A stretch of 64,000 nt of DNA from an uncultured Leucobacter sp. (GTDB taxonomy: Bacteria > Actinomycetota > Actinomycetes > Actinomycetales > Microbacteriaceae). Of the stretch, positions 9,909-18,992 are shown one piece after another (positions within the stretch are counted from its first letter, which is position 1; every line of letters starts with the position of its first letter). The translations under genes were made by a program, and so were the position numbers. The stretch is taken from assembly GCA_964433255.1 (NCBI GenBank), contig CAYSQG010000001.1, positions 18,069 through 82,068 on the forward strand. The letters run 5' to 3'. The notes below the pieces were generated by a model that was not told the origin of the DNA, did not search any database, and saw nothing but the letters and a program-made list of their open reading frames with translations.

Positions 9909-10811
9909 ATGAGCAATACGACCAGAACCGTCACCCATGAAGAAGCCGCAGCAAAAGCTGAGGTGCTCATCGAATCGCTGCCATGGTTAAAAAAATACCG
10001 CGATGCCATTGTCGTCATAAAGTTCGGCGGAAACGCAATGATCAACGTCGAACTGCTGCAAGCGTTCGCCGAAGATGTGGTCTATCTCAGACTTGCCGGC
10101 GTTCGGCCCGTAGTGGTGCACGGCGGTGGGCCTCAAATTAGCGACATGTTGGAACGGTTGGGCATCGCCAGCGAGTTCAAGGGCGGCTATCGCGTGACCA
10201 CGCCCGAAGCCATGGATGTGGTGCGCATGGTGTTGACCGGCAAGGTGAACCCCGAGCTGGTCGATCAAATAAACACGCACGGACCGCTTGCGGCTGGCAC
10301 CTCAGGTGAAGATGCCGGCTTATTCGTGGGCAAGCGTCGACCTCCGCTTGAGGTAGACGGCGAGATGGTAGACCTTGGCCTGGTCGGCGATGTGGTTGAG
10401 GTTCGACCAGATCCGGTGCTCACGCTGCTTGACGCCGGGCTCATCCCGGTGATTGCTGGCATCGCCCCAGATTCAGATCGTCCGGCCGATTCACTGAACA
10501 TCAACGCAGATGCTGCAGCGGCTGCGCTCGCCACCGCCCTCGGTGCTGAAAAGCTCGTTATTCTGACAGATGTCGCAGGACTCTATGCCAACTGGCCTGA
10601 TCGGAACTCGCTGGTGTCAAGCATCACTGCACCCGAGCTTGAACAGTTGCTTCCCAGTCTTGAATCAGGCATGATTCCCAAAATGCGGGCCTGTCTTGAC
10701 GCGGTGCGCGGGGGAGTGTCGAAGGCAGCAATCATCGACGGTCGCGAGTCCCACTCAGTACTGCTTGAAATTTTCACGAACCGGGGCATCGGCACCCAAG
10801 TCACCCTGTAA
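9909..10811 (+). CDS. argB: Acetylglutamate kinase
   Basis: [26 protein letters not shown]. Confidence 0.96.
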   Translation: MSNTTRTVTHEEAAAKAEVLIESLPWLKKYRDAIVVIKFGGNAMINVELLQAFAEDVVYLRLAGVRPVVVHGGGPQISDMLERLGIASEFKGGYRVTTPEAMDVVRMVLTGKVNPELVDQINTHGPLAAGTSGEDAGLFVGKRRPPLEVDGEMVDLGLVGDVVEVRPDPVLTLLDAGLIPVIAGIAPDSDRPADSLNINADAAAAALATALGAEKLVILTDVAGLYANWPDRNSLVSSITAPELEQLLPSLESGMIPKMRACLDAVRGGVSKAAIIDGRESHSVLLEIFTNRGIGTQVTL

Positions 10812-10827
10812 TCAGGGCTCACTCCTG

Positions 10828-11307
10828 TTGCCTGCACTGATTGGTTCCGTGCTGGAATGGGCCGCCATCGTGGTGTTTGCTGGCGCCTCGATTGCACTTG
10901 CTCGCGTTGACCTGCGGGAACATCGACTGCCGAATCGTTTGCTCGCGCTGAGCACGGGAGCAGTGATGTTGCTCTTGGCTGGTTCGTCATTGTTCGCTGA
11001 CACATGGATGCGATTTGCCACCGCCTGCATTGCGGCAGTGATCTATGCGCTCGGTTTCTTCTTGCTCTGGCTGCCTAGTGGTGGGGCACTCGGTGCAGGT
11101 GATGTGAAACTTGCGCCATTGATTGGCGTGATCGCAGGATGGGCCTCAAGCTTGGCGGCACTGCTCTGGGTGCCGCTTGGTGTTGCGCTTGTCGGTTTGT
11201 GTGTTGCATTGGTAGCCAAATCGAAAGGAAAGGCGCACTACGCCTTTGGCCCGAGCATGCTCGCCGGAACCTGGCTTGGGTTGCTGTTCGAGACATGGAA
11301 CAGCTAG
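10828..11307 (+). CDS. A24-family prepilin peptidase (TadV/CpaA-like, no methylase domain); start uncertain
   Basis: Multi-TM; catalytic motifs VDLREHRLPN and LGAGDVKL; AFGPSML tail. Confidence 0.8.
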   Translation: MPALIGSVLEWAAIVVFAGASIALARVDLREHRLPNRLLALSTGAVMLLLAGSSLFADTWMRFATACIAAVIYALGFFLLWLPSGGALGAGDVKLAPLIGVIAGWASSLAALLWVPLGVALVGLCVALVAKSKGKAHYAFGPSMLAGTWLGLLFETWNS

Positions 11308-11383
11308 AAAAAAGGCAGGGCACTGATCATGCTTCACACAGGCGCTTTCACTAGACTGGAAGCACTGACTGAAAGGCTGCCTC

Positions 11384-11701
11384 GTGACGTACGTGATCGC
11401 TCTTCCTTGCGTTGATCTCAAAGATCGCGCCTGTGTCGACGAATGTCCAGTTGACTGCATTTACGAGGGCGAACGGTCACTCTATATTCACCCTGATGAA
11501 TGCGTGGATTGCGGGGCGTGCGAGCCGGTGTGCCCAGTAGAGGCCATCTATTACGAAGACGATCTGCCAGAGCAGTGGGCGGACTACTACAAGGCCAACG
11601 TTGAATTCTTCGATGACATCGGCTCTCCTGGTGGTGCCGCGAAAGTCGGAGCCTACGATTTTGACCACCCAATTATTGCTGCGCTGCCTCCTCAGGGGTA
11701 A
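11384..11701 (+). CDS. fdxA: 7Fe ferredoxin
   Basis: MTYVIALPCVDLKDRACVDECPVDCIYEG...CVDCGACEPVCP. Confidence 0.95.
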   Translation: MTYVIALPCVDLKDRACVDECPVDCIYEGERSLYIHPDECVDCGACEPVCPVEAIYYEDDLPEQWADYYKANVEFFDDIGSPGGAAKVGAYDFDHPIIAALPPQG

Positions 11702-11890
11702 CCAGTTGCGGTGCTTGAGAGTACAGAAAAAACGTCTCTCTTTCGCTCAGCAGATGTTTTGGAAGACTCTTGCTTTTCATGTGATGCCCCAAGCTTCGGT
11801 GAACAGATAAGCTTGAAAATACATCACACGAGTAATTCTGTGCGATAGCACTCAGAAAAGTGACAGTACCGACACCCACAAGGAGGCGGC

Positions 11891-13186
11891 GTGACCGAAT
11901 CGAGCACGGGCCAGCACGAAATGGCAAAGCTCACCGTAGCGGGGCGTGAGGCTGAATTCCCTATTTTGACGGCGGTCGACGGTCACCCAGCAATCGATAT
12001 CAGCACACTCACCCGTCAAACCGGGCACACTGCCCTGGACTACGGTTTTGTGAACACCGCCTCTACCCAGTCAAAGATCACCTTCATTGACGGTGAGGCC
12101 GGCATACTTCGCTATCGCGGGTACCCAATCGAAGAGTTGGCAGCTCACTCCACTTTTCTCGAGGTTGCCTATCTGCTGATTTATGGTGAATTGCCGACGC
12201 CAGAGCAACTGTCGGCTTTTGACAACGAAATACGTCGCCACACGCTGCTGCATGAGGACATGCGCTACTACTTCGAGGGTGTGCCGCACACCGCGCACCC
12301 GATGGCAGTGCTGTCAGGTGGCCTGCAAACCATGTCTACGTATTACGAAAACTCTCTCGACACGTCAGTGGCCGAGTTTGTGCACGTAAACACCATTCGT
12401 CTGCTCGCAAAAATGCCGGTGCTTGCCGCCTACGCGCACAAAAAATCGATTGGCCAGGCGCTGCTCTACCCTGACAACAACCTCAGCTTCGTAGAGAACT
12501 TCTTACGACTGAATTTCGGCAACCGTGCCGAAGAATACTCGTTCAACCCCGTACTGGTTGATGCCCTCGACAAGCTGCTCATTTTGCACGCAGACCACGA
12601 GCAAAACGCTTCAACCTCGACGGTTCGTCTGGTCGGTTCAACGGGTGCGAACATGTTCGCTTCGATTTCAGCAGGCATCAGCGCGCTCTCGGGGCCGTTG
12701 CACGGGGGTGCTAACGAAGCGGTGCTCGATATGCTTGCTCAGATTCGTGACTCTGGCCAAAGTGTCAGCACCTTTGTCGAGCGTGTGAAGCGCAAGGAAG
12801 ACGGTGTCAAGCTGATGGGCTTTGGTCACCGTGTCTACAAAAATTACGATCCCCGTGCTCGCATTGTGAAGGAGAGTGCCGGCAAGGTGCTCGAAGAGCT
12901 CGGAGTCAATGACCCGCTGCTGGCTCTGGCTCAGGAGCTTGAGCAGATTGCCCTTGAAGACGACTACTTCAAAGAACGCAAGCTCTATCCGAACGTTGAC
13001 TTTTACACTGGAGTTATCTACAAGGCCATGGGCTTTCCGACCCGCATGTTCACCGTGCTCTTCGCAATCGGTCGCTTGCCAGGTTGGATTGCGCAGTGGC
13101 GCGAGGCAAACGAAGACGCGCAGACAAAGATCGGTCGACCTCAACAGCTGTACATCGGCAGCCCCGAGCGTCACTTAGGGCGCTAA
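11891..13186 (+). CDS. gltA: Citrate synthase
   Basis: HADHEQNASTS, GPLHGGANE, GFGHRVYKNYDPRA, YPNVDFY. Confidence 0.97.
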   Translation: MTESSTGQHEMAKLTVAGREAEFPILTAVDGHPAIDISTLTRQTGHTALDYGFVNTASTQSKITFIDGEAGILRYRGYPIEELAAHSTFLEVAYLLIYGELPTPEQLSAFDNEIRRHTLLHEDMRYYFEGVPHTAHPMAVLSGGLQTMSTYYENSLDTSVAEFVHVNTIRLLAKMPVLAAYAHKKSIGQALLYPDNNLSFVENFLRLNFGNRAEEYSFNPVLVDALDKLLILHADHEQNASTSTVRLVGSTGANMFASISAGISALSGPLHGGANEAVLDMLAQIRDSGQSVSTFVERVKRKEDGVKLMGFGHRVYKNYDPRARIVKESAGKVLEELGVNDPLLALAQELEQIALEDDYFKERKLYPNVDFYTGVIYKAMGFPTRMFTVLFAIGRLPGWIAQWREANEDAQTKIGRPQQLYIGSPERHLGR

Positions 13187-13302
13187 CTCTCTCATTTTTG
13201 TCAGTTTGAGGGCAGAAATTGGCAACCCAGTTGTCGGTCGAGGTTTTCCACTCAACCCGTGCTCAGATAGAATGGCATCCGTAGGCACATAGAGGAGATG
13301 CA

Positions 13303-13473
13303 ATGGCTGCAATGAAACCCCGCACCGGTGACGGACCAATGGAAGCTGTGCGCGAGACTCGCGTAATCGTGGTTCGAGTGCCACTTGAGGGTGGTGGCAG
13401 ACTGGTAATTTCTGTCAACGATCAAGAGGCTGCAGAGCTTCGTGACGTGCTCAATAACGTCCTGGGCAACTGA
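13303..13473 (+). CDS. DUF3117 family small protein (56 aa, absent from ORF track)
   Basis: Read manually: MAAMKPRTGDGPMEAVRETRVIVVRVPLEGGGRLVISVNDQEAAELRDVLNNVLGN; AGAGGAG RBS. Confidence 0.92.
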   Translation: MAAMKPRTGDGPMEAVRETRVIVVRVPLEGGGRLVISVNDQEAAELRDVLNNVLGN

Positions 13474-13490
13474 CCCCTAGCCTGACACGA

Positions 13491-13522
13491 ACCCCCCGTC
13501 GAGCGTGATGCAGATGGGGGGT
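13491..13522. terminator. Hairpin between convergent DUF3117 and methyltransferase genes
   Basis: ACCCCCCGTC...GATGGGGGGT. Confidence 0.55.
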
Positions 13523-13534
13523 AAGTTATGCCCC

Positions 13535-14176
13535 TCAGCTTTGCGATGGCCTCAGCTTGGTGACCATGAGCAGGCCATCACCCGCGGGGGATAACACAGG
13601 GGCAATCGCCGGCGAATCTGCCACGGTGTGCAAGAGGTCCCGCATATGCTGAGTGTTCAATTCACGTGCCGCAGGGTCGGTAACAGCACCACGCATAAAG
13701 GCGTTTGGCACCACGATTACGCCGCCAGGTTTTGCGATGAGCAGGGCCTGTTCAAAATATTCCAGCAGCCGATCAGAATTCGCGTCGATAAGCACAATGT
13801 CATACGCGCCGTGATTCAGTCTTGTCATGACCTGCGAAGCGTCACCTTCGACAAGTCGCACCTGAGCAGTAGGAACTCCGGCCTCAGAAAAGACCGTGCG
13901 TGCCTGGTGCATGTGCTCAGGATCAATTTCGATTGAGGTCAGAGTTGCTGCTGGGGTGTAGCGAATGAGTGCGAGCCCGCTTACTCCAACGCCGGTCCCA
14001 AACTCGCAAATCGCAGTGGCGTCGATCGCGGCAGCGAGGCCAGAGAGTTGTGCGGCAACAGCGCGGCTGACCGGCTCAATGCCCAGCTCCAGTGAAAGGC
14101 GCCGTGCATGTACCTGGGCATCGGTTTCATTTGGGTACTGCTCGGCATACTGCCAATTGCGTTCGAGACGGCTCAC
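13535..14176 (-). CDS. SAM-dependent O-methyltransferase (Rv1220c-like)
   Basis: EFGTGVGVSG motif I, YDIVLIDA; GTG start after GGAGGA. Confidence 0.88.
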   Translation of the reverse strand: MSRLERNWQYAEQYPNETDAQVHARRLSLELGIEPVSRAVAAQLSGLAAAIDATAICEFGTGVGVSGLALIRYTPAATLTSIEIDPEHMHQARTVFSEAGVPTAQVRLVEGDASQVMTRLNHGAYDIVLIDANSDRLLEYFEQALLIAKPGGVIVVPNAFMRGAVTDPAARELNTQHMRDLLHTVADSPAIAPVLSPAGDGLLMVTKLRPSQS

Positions 14177-14311
14177 AGTTCCTCCGACGTGCTCATGAAT
14201 CGATGTTTGTGCATTCAGAGTACAAGCACAGCCCCAACTCGACTGATTGGCGCGCTGAATTGGGAGGCGAATCACAGCGAGTGAAAAGAAATAGCGCGAT
14301 ACGATGTCAGC

Positions 14312-14785
14312 ATGGGCGGCCTCACATTCGAAAAGCTATTTATAGTTTTGGTCATTGCCCTCTTTGTGGTGGGCCCTGATAAGCTTCCCAGCTACGCAAA
14401 GAAGCTCGGTGAGCTGGTGCGCAGCGTGAAAAAAATGGCGGACGGTGCCAAAGATCGGCTTCGCGACGAAATGGGCCCTGATTTTGACGACGTCGACTGG
14501 AAGCAGCTCGATCCGCGCCAGTATGATCCGCGCCGAATCATTCGTGATGCATTGCTTGAAGACGAACGAGAAGCGCATGCCGAGGCGCGCAAAGCGCGGG
14601 CAATTGAAGCTGCGCAAGCCCGTCGCAGACGCCAGGGGCTCAGCACTTCCGACCCCGCAGCGGTCGTGACGGCGGCGGCTGCCACTGCTACTGCTACCGT
14701 CGGTGCAGATGCCGTGGCACTCACTGATGACGATGTTGACAGCTCAGTTGTGGTCGGCCTCAATTTCGACGATCAGGCGACATAG
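14312..14785 (+). CDS. tatB: Sec-independent translocase TatB
   Basis: N-terminal TM then VGPDKLP; DWKQLDPRQYDPRRIIRDAL; FDDQAT tail. Confidence 0.9.
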   Translation: MGGLTFEKLFIVLVIALFVVGPDKLPSYAKKLGELVRSVKKMADGAKDRLRDEMGPDFDDVDWKQLDPRQYDPRRIIRDALLEDEREAHAEARKARAIEAAQARRRRQGLSTSDPAAVVTAAAATATATVGADAVALTDDDVDSSVVVGLNFDDQAT

Positions 14786-14802
14786 TCTCATTGTGCGATG
14801 GC

Positions 14803-15954
14803 TCAGTCAGTCACGCTGAGCGGTAATATTTTGCCCACCAGCGAGCGTCCACGCATGAGTTGGTCAGCAATTCGCGAGAGTTCCGACGCCGCAGGATCAC
14901 CCGGCACTGAGATCACTGCCGGGGTGCCGAGGTCTGCGCTGGTTCGAAAGTCTATGCTGAGCGGCAGGCTTCCCAGGAGTGGTACCGGTTGTGGCTGGCC
15001 AGTAGAGAGCCGATCGGCGACAGCGGCACCACCGCCCTCGCCAAACACGTTGAGAACGGACCCATCGGGCTGAACCAAACCCGACATGTTTTCGATGACC
15101 CCAATGACCGACTGACCAGTTTGGCGGGCAACTAGGGCGCTTCGAACGGCAACATCTGCGGCGGCAGGCTGTGGAGTGGTCACCACGATCACCTCGGCTT
15201 GAGGGAGCAACTGGCCCACACTAATGGCAATGTCGCCGGTGCCCGGAGGCAAATCGAGCAACAACACATCGAGATCGCCAAACCACACATCTTGCAAAAA
15301 CTGCTCAATGGTGCGGTGCAGCATTGGCCCGCGCCACGAGACAGCGGTGTCACGTGTGTCGGCATCACCAAGAAACATGCCGATCGAGATGACCCTCACC
15401 CCGTGCGACACCGGGGGCAGAATTAGGTCATCAACGCGGCTGGGCTGTGCGCTGTGACCGTCCGTTACCAGACCCATGAGAGCCGGGATCGAGAACCCAA
15501 ACACGTCTGCATCAATGAGGCCCACCGAGAGACCTTTCGCAGCAAACGCGACAGCCAGGTTAGCGGTGATGCTTGATTTGCCGACTCCGCCTTTTCCGCT
15601 GGTCACGGCGAAGACCCTGGTGAGTGAATCTGGGCCAAATTGCTTGGGGCGCTGTGCTTTGTCGCCACGAACAAGTTGAACGAAGGCTTGACGTTGTTCA
15701 GGGCTCATGACGTCGACCTCCACGCGAGCCTCAGTCACACCGTGAACGCCCTGTGCCGCGGCAAGTGTCGAAGCCTCGATGCTTTGTGCTGCGGGGCAAC
15801 CAGCGATGGTGAGCGAGATGGCGATTGTTGCATGGCCATCGGGGGTCAGTTCAACGCTTCTCACTATGCCAAGTTCGGTGATTGGCCTCAGAATCTCTGG
15901 GTCTCGCACCTTCGAGAGCGCTTGCCAGATCTCGCCTTCGATTTCAGTCGACAT
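14803..15954 (-). CDS. mrp: Mrp/ApbC iron-sulfur cluster carrier ATPase
   Basis: DUF59-like N-terminus (DPEI, TIAGCP), SGKGGVGKS, WRGPM, DLPPGTGD, ENMS. Confidence 0.93.
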   Translation of the reverse strand: MSTEIEGEIWQALSKVRDPEILRPITELGIVRSVELTPDGHATIAISLTIAGCPAAQSIEASTLAAAQGVHGVTEARVEVDVMSPEQRQAFVQLVRGDKAQRPKQFGPDSLTRVFAVTSGKGGVGKSSITANLAVAFAAKGLSVGLIDADVFGFSIPALMGLVTDGHSAQPSRVDDLILPPVSHGVRVISIGMFLGDADTRDTAVSWRGPMLHRTIEQFLQDVWFGDLDVLLLDLPPGTGDIAISVGQLLPQAEVIVVTTPQPAAADVAVRSALVARQTGQSVIGVIENMSGLVQPDGSVLNVFGEGGGAAVADRLSTGQPQPVPLLGSLPLSIDFRTSADLGTPAVISVPGDPAASELSRIADQLMRGRSLVGKILPLSVTD

Positions 15955-16522
15955 CGTTACGAGTGCCTGGAAGAGACTCCGAGGGTGGCACATATGGCAG
16001 GTCGGGTGAATCAGTGCGTTCTGCGGCGCGGTCTTCTTCAAGTTCAGCAAGCAATGCGCGCAGTTCTGCTCGCACAAAGTCTCGATCGGGCAAATCTTTC
16101 AGCATGAGACGCAAAGCCACGACTTCTCTTGCAAGAAATTCGGTGTCTGCAAGGTTACGTTCAGCTCGTTGACGATCTTGCACAATTTGCACTCGGTCAC
16201 GGTCATCTTGCCTGTTTTGCGCGAGCAAAATGAGGGGAGCGGCGTACGAGGCCTGCAATGACAGAATCAGGGTGAGAGCGGTGAAACCCAGGGCTGCTGA
16301 ATCGAAACGCCAACCATCAGGTGTGAGCGTGTTCCAGAGCAGCCAAAAAGCGGTGAAGAACGTGAGTACCAACAAAAACCAGGGGGTGCCCATGCGTCTT
16401 GCGATCGCTTCACTCCAACGGCCAAATCGTTCGCTGTTTTCTGGGTTGGAACCAAACCCCAGACCAGACCCGAGGTTTTGAGGGGAGTCGAAGTTCTCTT
16501 TGCGACGGCGGAAGATGCTCAT
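15944..16522 (-). CDS. DUF1003 membrane protein
   Basis: LSLQASYAAPLILLAQNRQDDRD; between mgtE-like gene and mrp. Confidence 0.9.
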   Translation of the reverse strand: MSIFRRRKENFDSPQNLGSGLGFGSNPENSERFGRWSEAIARRMGTPWFLLVLTFFTAFWLLWNTLTPDGWRFDSAALGFTALTLILSLQASYAAPLILLAQNRQDDRDRVQIVQDRQRAERNLADTEFLAREVVALRLMLKDLPDRDFVRAELRALLAELEEDRAAERTDSPDLPYVPPSESLPGTRNDVD

Positions 16523-17769
16523 TTTGGCGCATCCTTGTGGTCGTCAGCGTGACGCCAGTCTTCTGGCAACAGGTGGTCGAGCACGTCGTCAACAGTGACC
16601 ACCCCGACGAGACGGTGGTGTTCGTCGACCACCGGCAGCGCCACCATGTCGTAGCTTGCAAGTCGTCGGGTGACTTCTGCGGCACTCGCGTGAACCGGGA
16701 CGGGTTCTATTTCTGTGTCGAGCAGCACAGAAATGCGCTCATGGGGTGGGTAGCGCAGCATGCGCTGAAAATGAGCCATTCCCAAAAATTCACCCGTTGG
16801 TGTCTCGTATGGTGGGTGAGTGACATAGACCGCTGAAGCCATGGCAACCGGAACCTCGCTGCGCCGAATCATGGCGAGCGCCTCTGCGATGCTCGATTCG
16901 GCAGACAACACGATTGCGTCTGGGCTCATGAGCCCACCGGCGGTGTCTGCATCATATTCAAGCAATCGACGCACGTCTTCTGCCTCTTCGGGCTCCATCA
17001 GGTCGAGCAGTTGCTCGCCCTGTGCGGCCGGCAGTGCTGCGATCAGGTCAGCTGCGTCGTCTGGTTCCATCTCGTCAAGCACATCGGCCGCTCGGTCGCT
17101 CTGCATGTGTTCGAGCACATGCACCTGATCGCTCACATTCATTTCTTCGAGGGCGTCGGCAACGCGTTCGTCGGCAAGTTCATGTATGACCTCGGTGCGG
17201 CGCTGCTCTGGAAGCTCAAGCAGGGCCTCGGCAAGGTCGGCTGGTTTCAAGTCGACGAGGGTTTGTATGAGCAGTTCGGCCGAACTGGTAGCTGTGGGGT
17301 CGGCCGAGAGGAGAACCTCGTTCCACCTCAGTATGCGTGAGTCACCTTTTGAGAACGGCGCCGCCGGTTTTGGCATGCGAACTGAGAGCTCGCTGACAAT
17401 CCACTCGCCAGATCTGAGTCGATCGATGGCTGCATCTTCGATGCGAGCTGAGATATCGCCCTCAACAAGGTGCACCTCACGCCCGATCATTTCGGCAAGG
17501 ATGCGAGTTTCACCGCCACGCTGTTCGAAGCGTCGCACGTTGATGAGCCCGGTGGTGATGATTTGACCAGACGCGATTGAGGTCACCCGCCCAATTGGCA
17601 CAAACACCCGGCGTTTGCCTGAAATTTCGACGATAAGACCGACCACGCGTGGGGCAGCGCTCTGGCGATACACCACAATAATGTCGCGAAGTTTGCCGAT
17701 GCGGTCGCCAGCGGGGTCAAACACGCTGCGTCCGGCAAGTCGACCGACAAAGACCCTTGAGCTGCTCAC
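16519..17769 (-). CDS. MgtE intracellular/CBS domain protein with N-terminal PRC barrel
   Basis: ADVLDEMEPDDAADL repeats, DTAGGLM, LVGVVTVDDVLD; no TM domain. Confidence 0.88.
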   Translation of the reverse strand: MSSSRVFVGRLAGRSVFDPAGDRIGKLRDIIVVYRQSAAPRVVGLIVEISGKRRVFVPIGRVTSIASGQIITTGLINVRRFEQRGGETRILAEMIGREVHLVEGDISARIEDAAIDRLRSGEWIVSELSVRMPKPAAPFSKGDSRILRWNEVLLSADPTATSSAELLIQTLVDLKPADLAEALLELPEQRRTEVIHELADERVADALEEMNVSDQVHVLEHMQSDRAADVLDEMEPDDAADLIAALPAAQGEQLLDLMEPEEAEDVRRLLEYDADTAGGLMSPDAIVLSAESSIAEALAMIRRSEVPVAMASAVYVTHPPYETPTGEFLGMAHFQRMLRYPPHERISVLLDTEIEPVPVHASAAEVTRRLASYDMVALPVVDEHHRLVGVVTVDDVLDHLLPEDWRHADDHKDAPK

Positions 17770-17807
17770 ACATTAAGAGTACAAGTGTTCAGTGCAAGAA
17801 TTGGGGT

Positions 17808-18311
17808 ATGAGCAATACAAATCCTGCACGCATGCGCCGGCAGCCTCAAATGCCCGAGATGCCCCGGGGCGAGGTGATCTCAACTTACGACCACTACGTT
17901 GATGCAATGCACGCGGTTGATCGTTTGGCTCGAGCCGATTTTCCGGTCAACGCGGTGTCGATCCTTGGAAATGATGTGCGAAGCGTCGAACGCGTCACCG
18001 GCAAACTGACCTATGGTCGTGTTGCGCTGATGGGGGCCCTCTCAGGTGCCTACTTCGGTCTGTTTCTCGGTCTGGTCATGTTTATTTTTCAGCCCGAAAA
18101 TGAGGGTATCGGGGGCGTCTTCGTTGCAGCAGTGGCGATCGGGGCGGGCTTCGGCATGCTCTTTGGGGTGCTCTCATATGCCTTAAACCGCAACCGGCGC
18201 GACTTCTCTTCGGTCATGCAGTTTGTTGCCACCCGCTATGACTTACTGACCTCACCAGAGCTCTTGCACCGCGCTCGCAGCATCCTCGCATCGAGCGACT
18301 CTGCTGAATAA
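17808..18311 (+). CDS. General stress protein 17M-like membrane protein
   Basis: AVDRLARADFPV, VERVTGKLTYG, glycine-rich TM hairpin, RRDFSS. Confidence 0.8.
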   Translation: MSNTNPARMRRQPQMPEMPRGEVISTYDHYVDAMHAVDRLARADFPVNAVSILGNDVRSVERVTGKLTYGRVALMGALSGAYFGLFLGLVMFIFQPENEGIGGVFVAAVAIGAGFGMLFGVLSYALNRNRRDFSSVMQFVATRYDLLTSPELLHRARSILASSDSAE

Positions 18312-18328
18312 ACAAATAATTATTTTGC

Positions 18329-18354
18329 GGAATATATTCGCGACCCCCAACGTT
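18329..18354 (+). promoter_or_regulatory. SigH/SigR-type ECF promoter upstream of yceI
   Basis: GGAAT-N18-GTT exact spacing. Confidence 0.65.
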
Positions 18355-18418
18355 TCATTTCTCTGGTAGTCGGAACACTTTGCCGGCTCGAAGACAGAGA
18401 AATTGAGAGAGGTTGCTT

Positions 18419-18976
18419 ATGAGCATCACCGCAGATCAGATCCCCGGATACCGAGTTGGCACTTGGGTTGTTGACCCTACCCACACCGAAGTTGGTTTTT
18501 CGGTTCGTCACCTGGCAATTAGCAAGGTGAAGGGCAAGTTCGAAAAGTTTGAGGCAACATTTGAAACCGCCGAGAACCCACTCGATTCAAAGGTGACCGC
18601 AAGCGCTGAGGTGGCTTCGATCAACACCAACGAGTCAACCCGTGACGGTCACTTGCGCACCGGTGACTTCTTTGCGGCTGATGAATTCCCCAACTTAACC
18701 TTCGTCTCAACCGCAGTGCGTGAAGAGGGCGGCAAGTTCTTTGTTGACGGCGAACTCACCATGCGCGGTGTCACCAAGCCTGTAACCTTCGACTTCGAGT
18801 TCGGCGGGTTCGGTGAAGACGGCTACGGTAACTACAAAGCCGGGTTTACCGCAACAGGCGTTGTGAAGCGTGAAGACTTTGGTCTGACCTGGAACGCACC
18901 ACTCGAAAAGGGTGGCTTGCTGCTCGGTTCAGATGTGACCATTACCCTTGACGTGCAGGCTGCACTGCAAGCCTAA
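18419..18976 (+). CDS. YceI family lipid/polyisoprenoid-binding protein
   Basis: WVVDPTHTEVGFSVRHL, RDGHLRTGDFF, GELTMRGVTKPV, REDFGLTWN. Confidence 0.92.
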   Translation: MSITADQIPGYRVGTWVVDPTHTEVGFSVRHLAISKVKGKFEKFEATFETAENPLDSKVTASAEVASINTNESTRDGHLRTGDFFAADEFPNLTFVSTAVREEGGKFFVDGELTMRGVTKPVTFDFEFGGFGEDGYGNYKAGFTATGVVKREDFGLTWNAPLEKGGLLLGSDVTITLDVQAALQA

Positions 18977-18992
18977 ATATTCGGTGAGGGCG

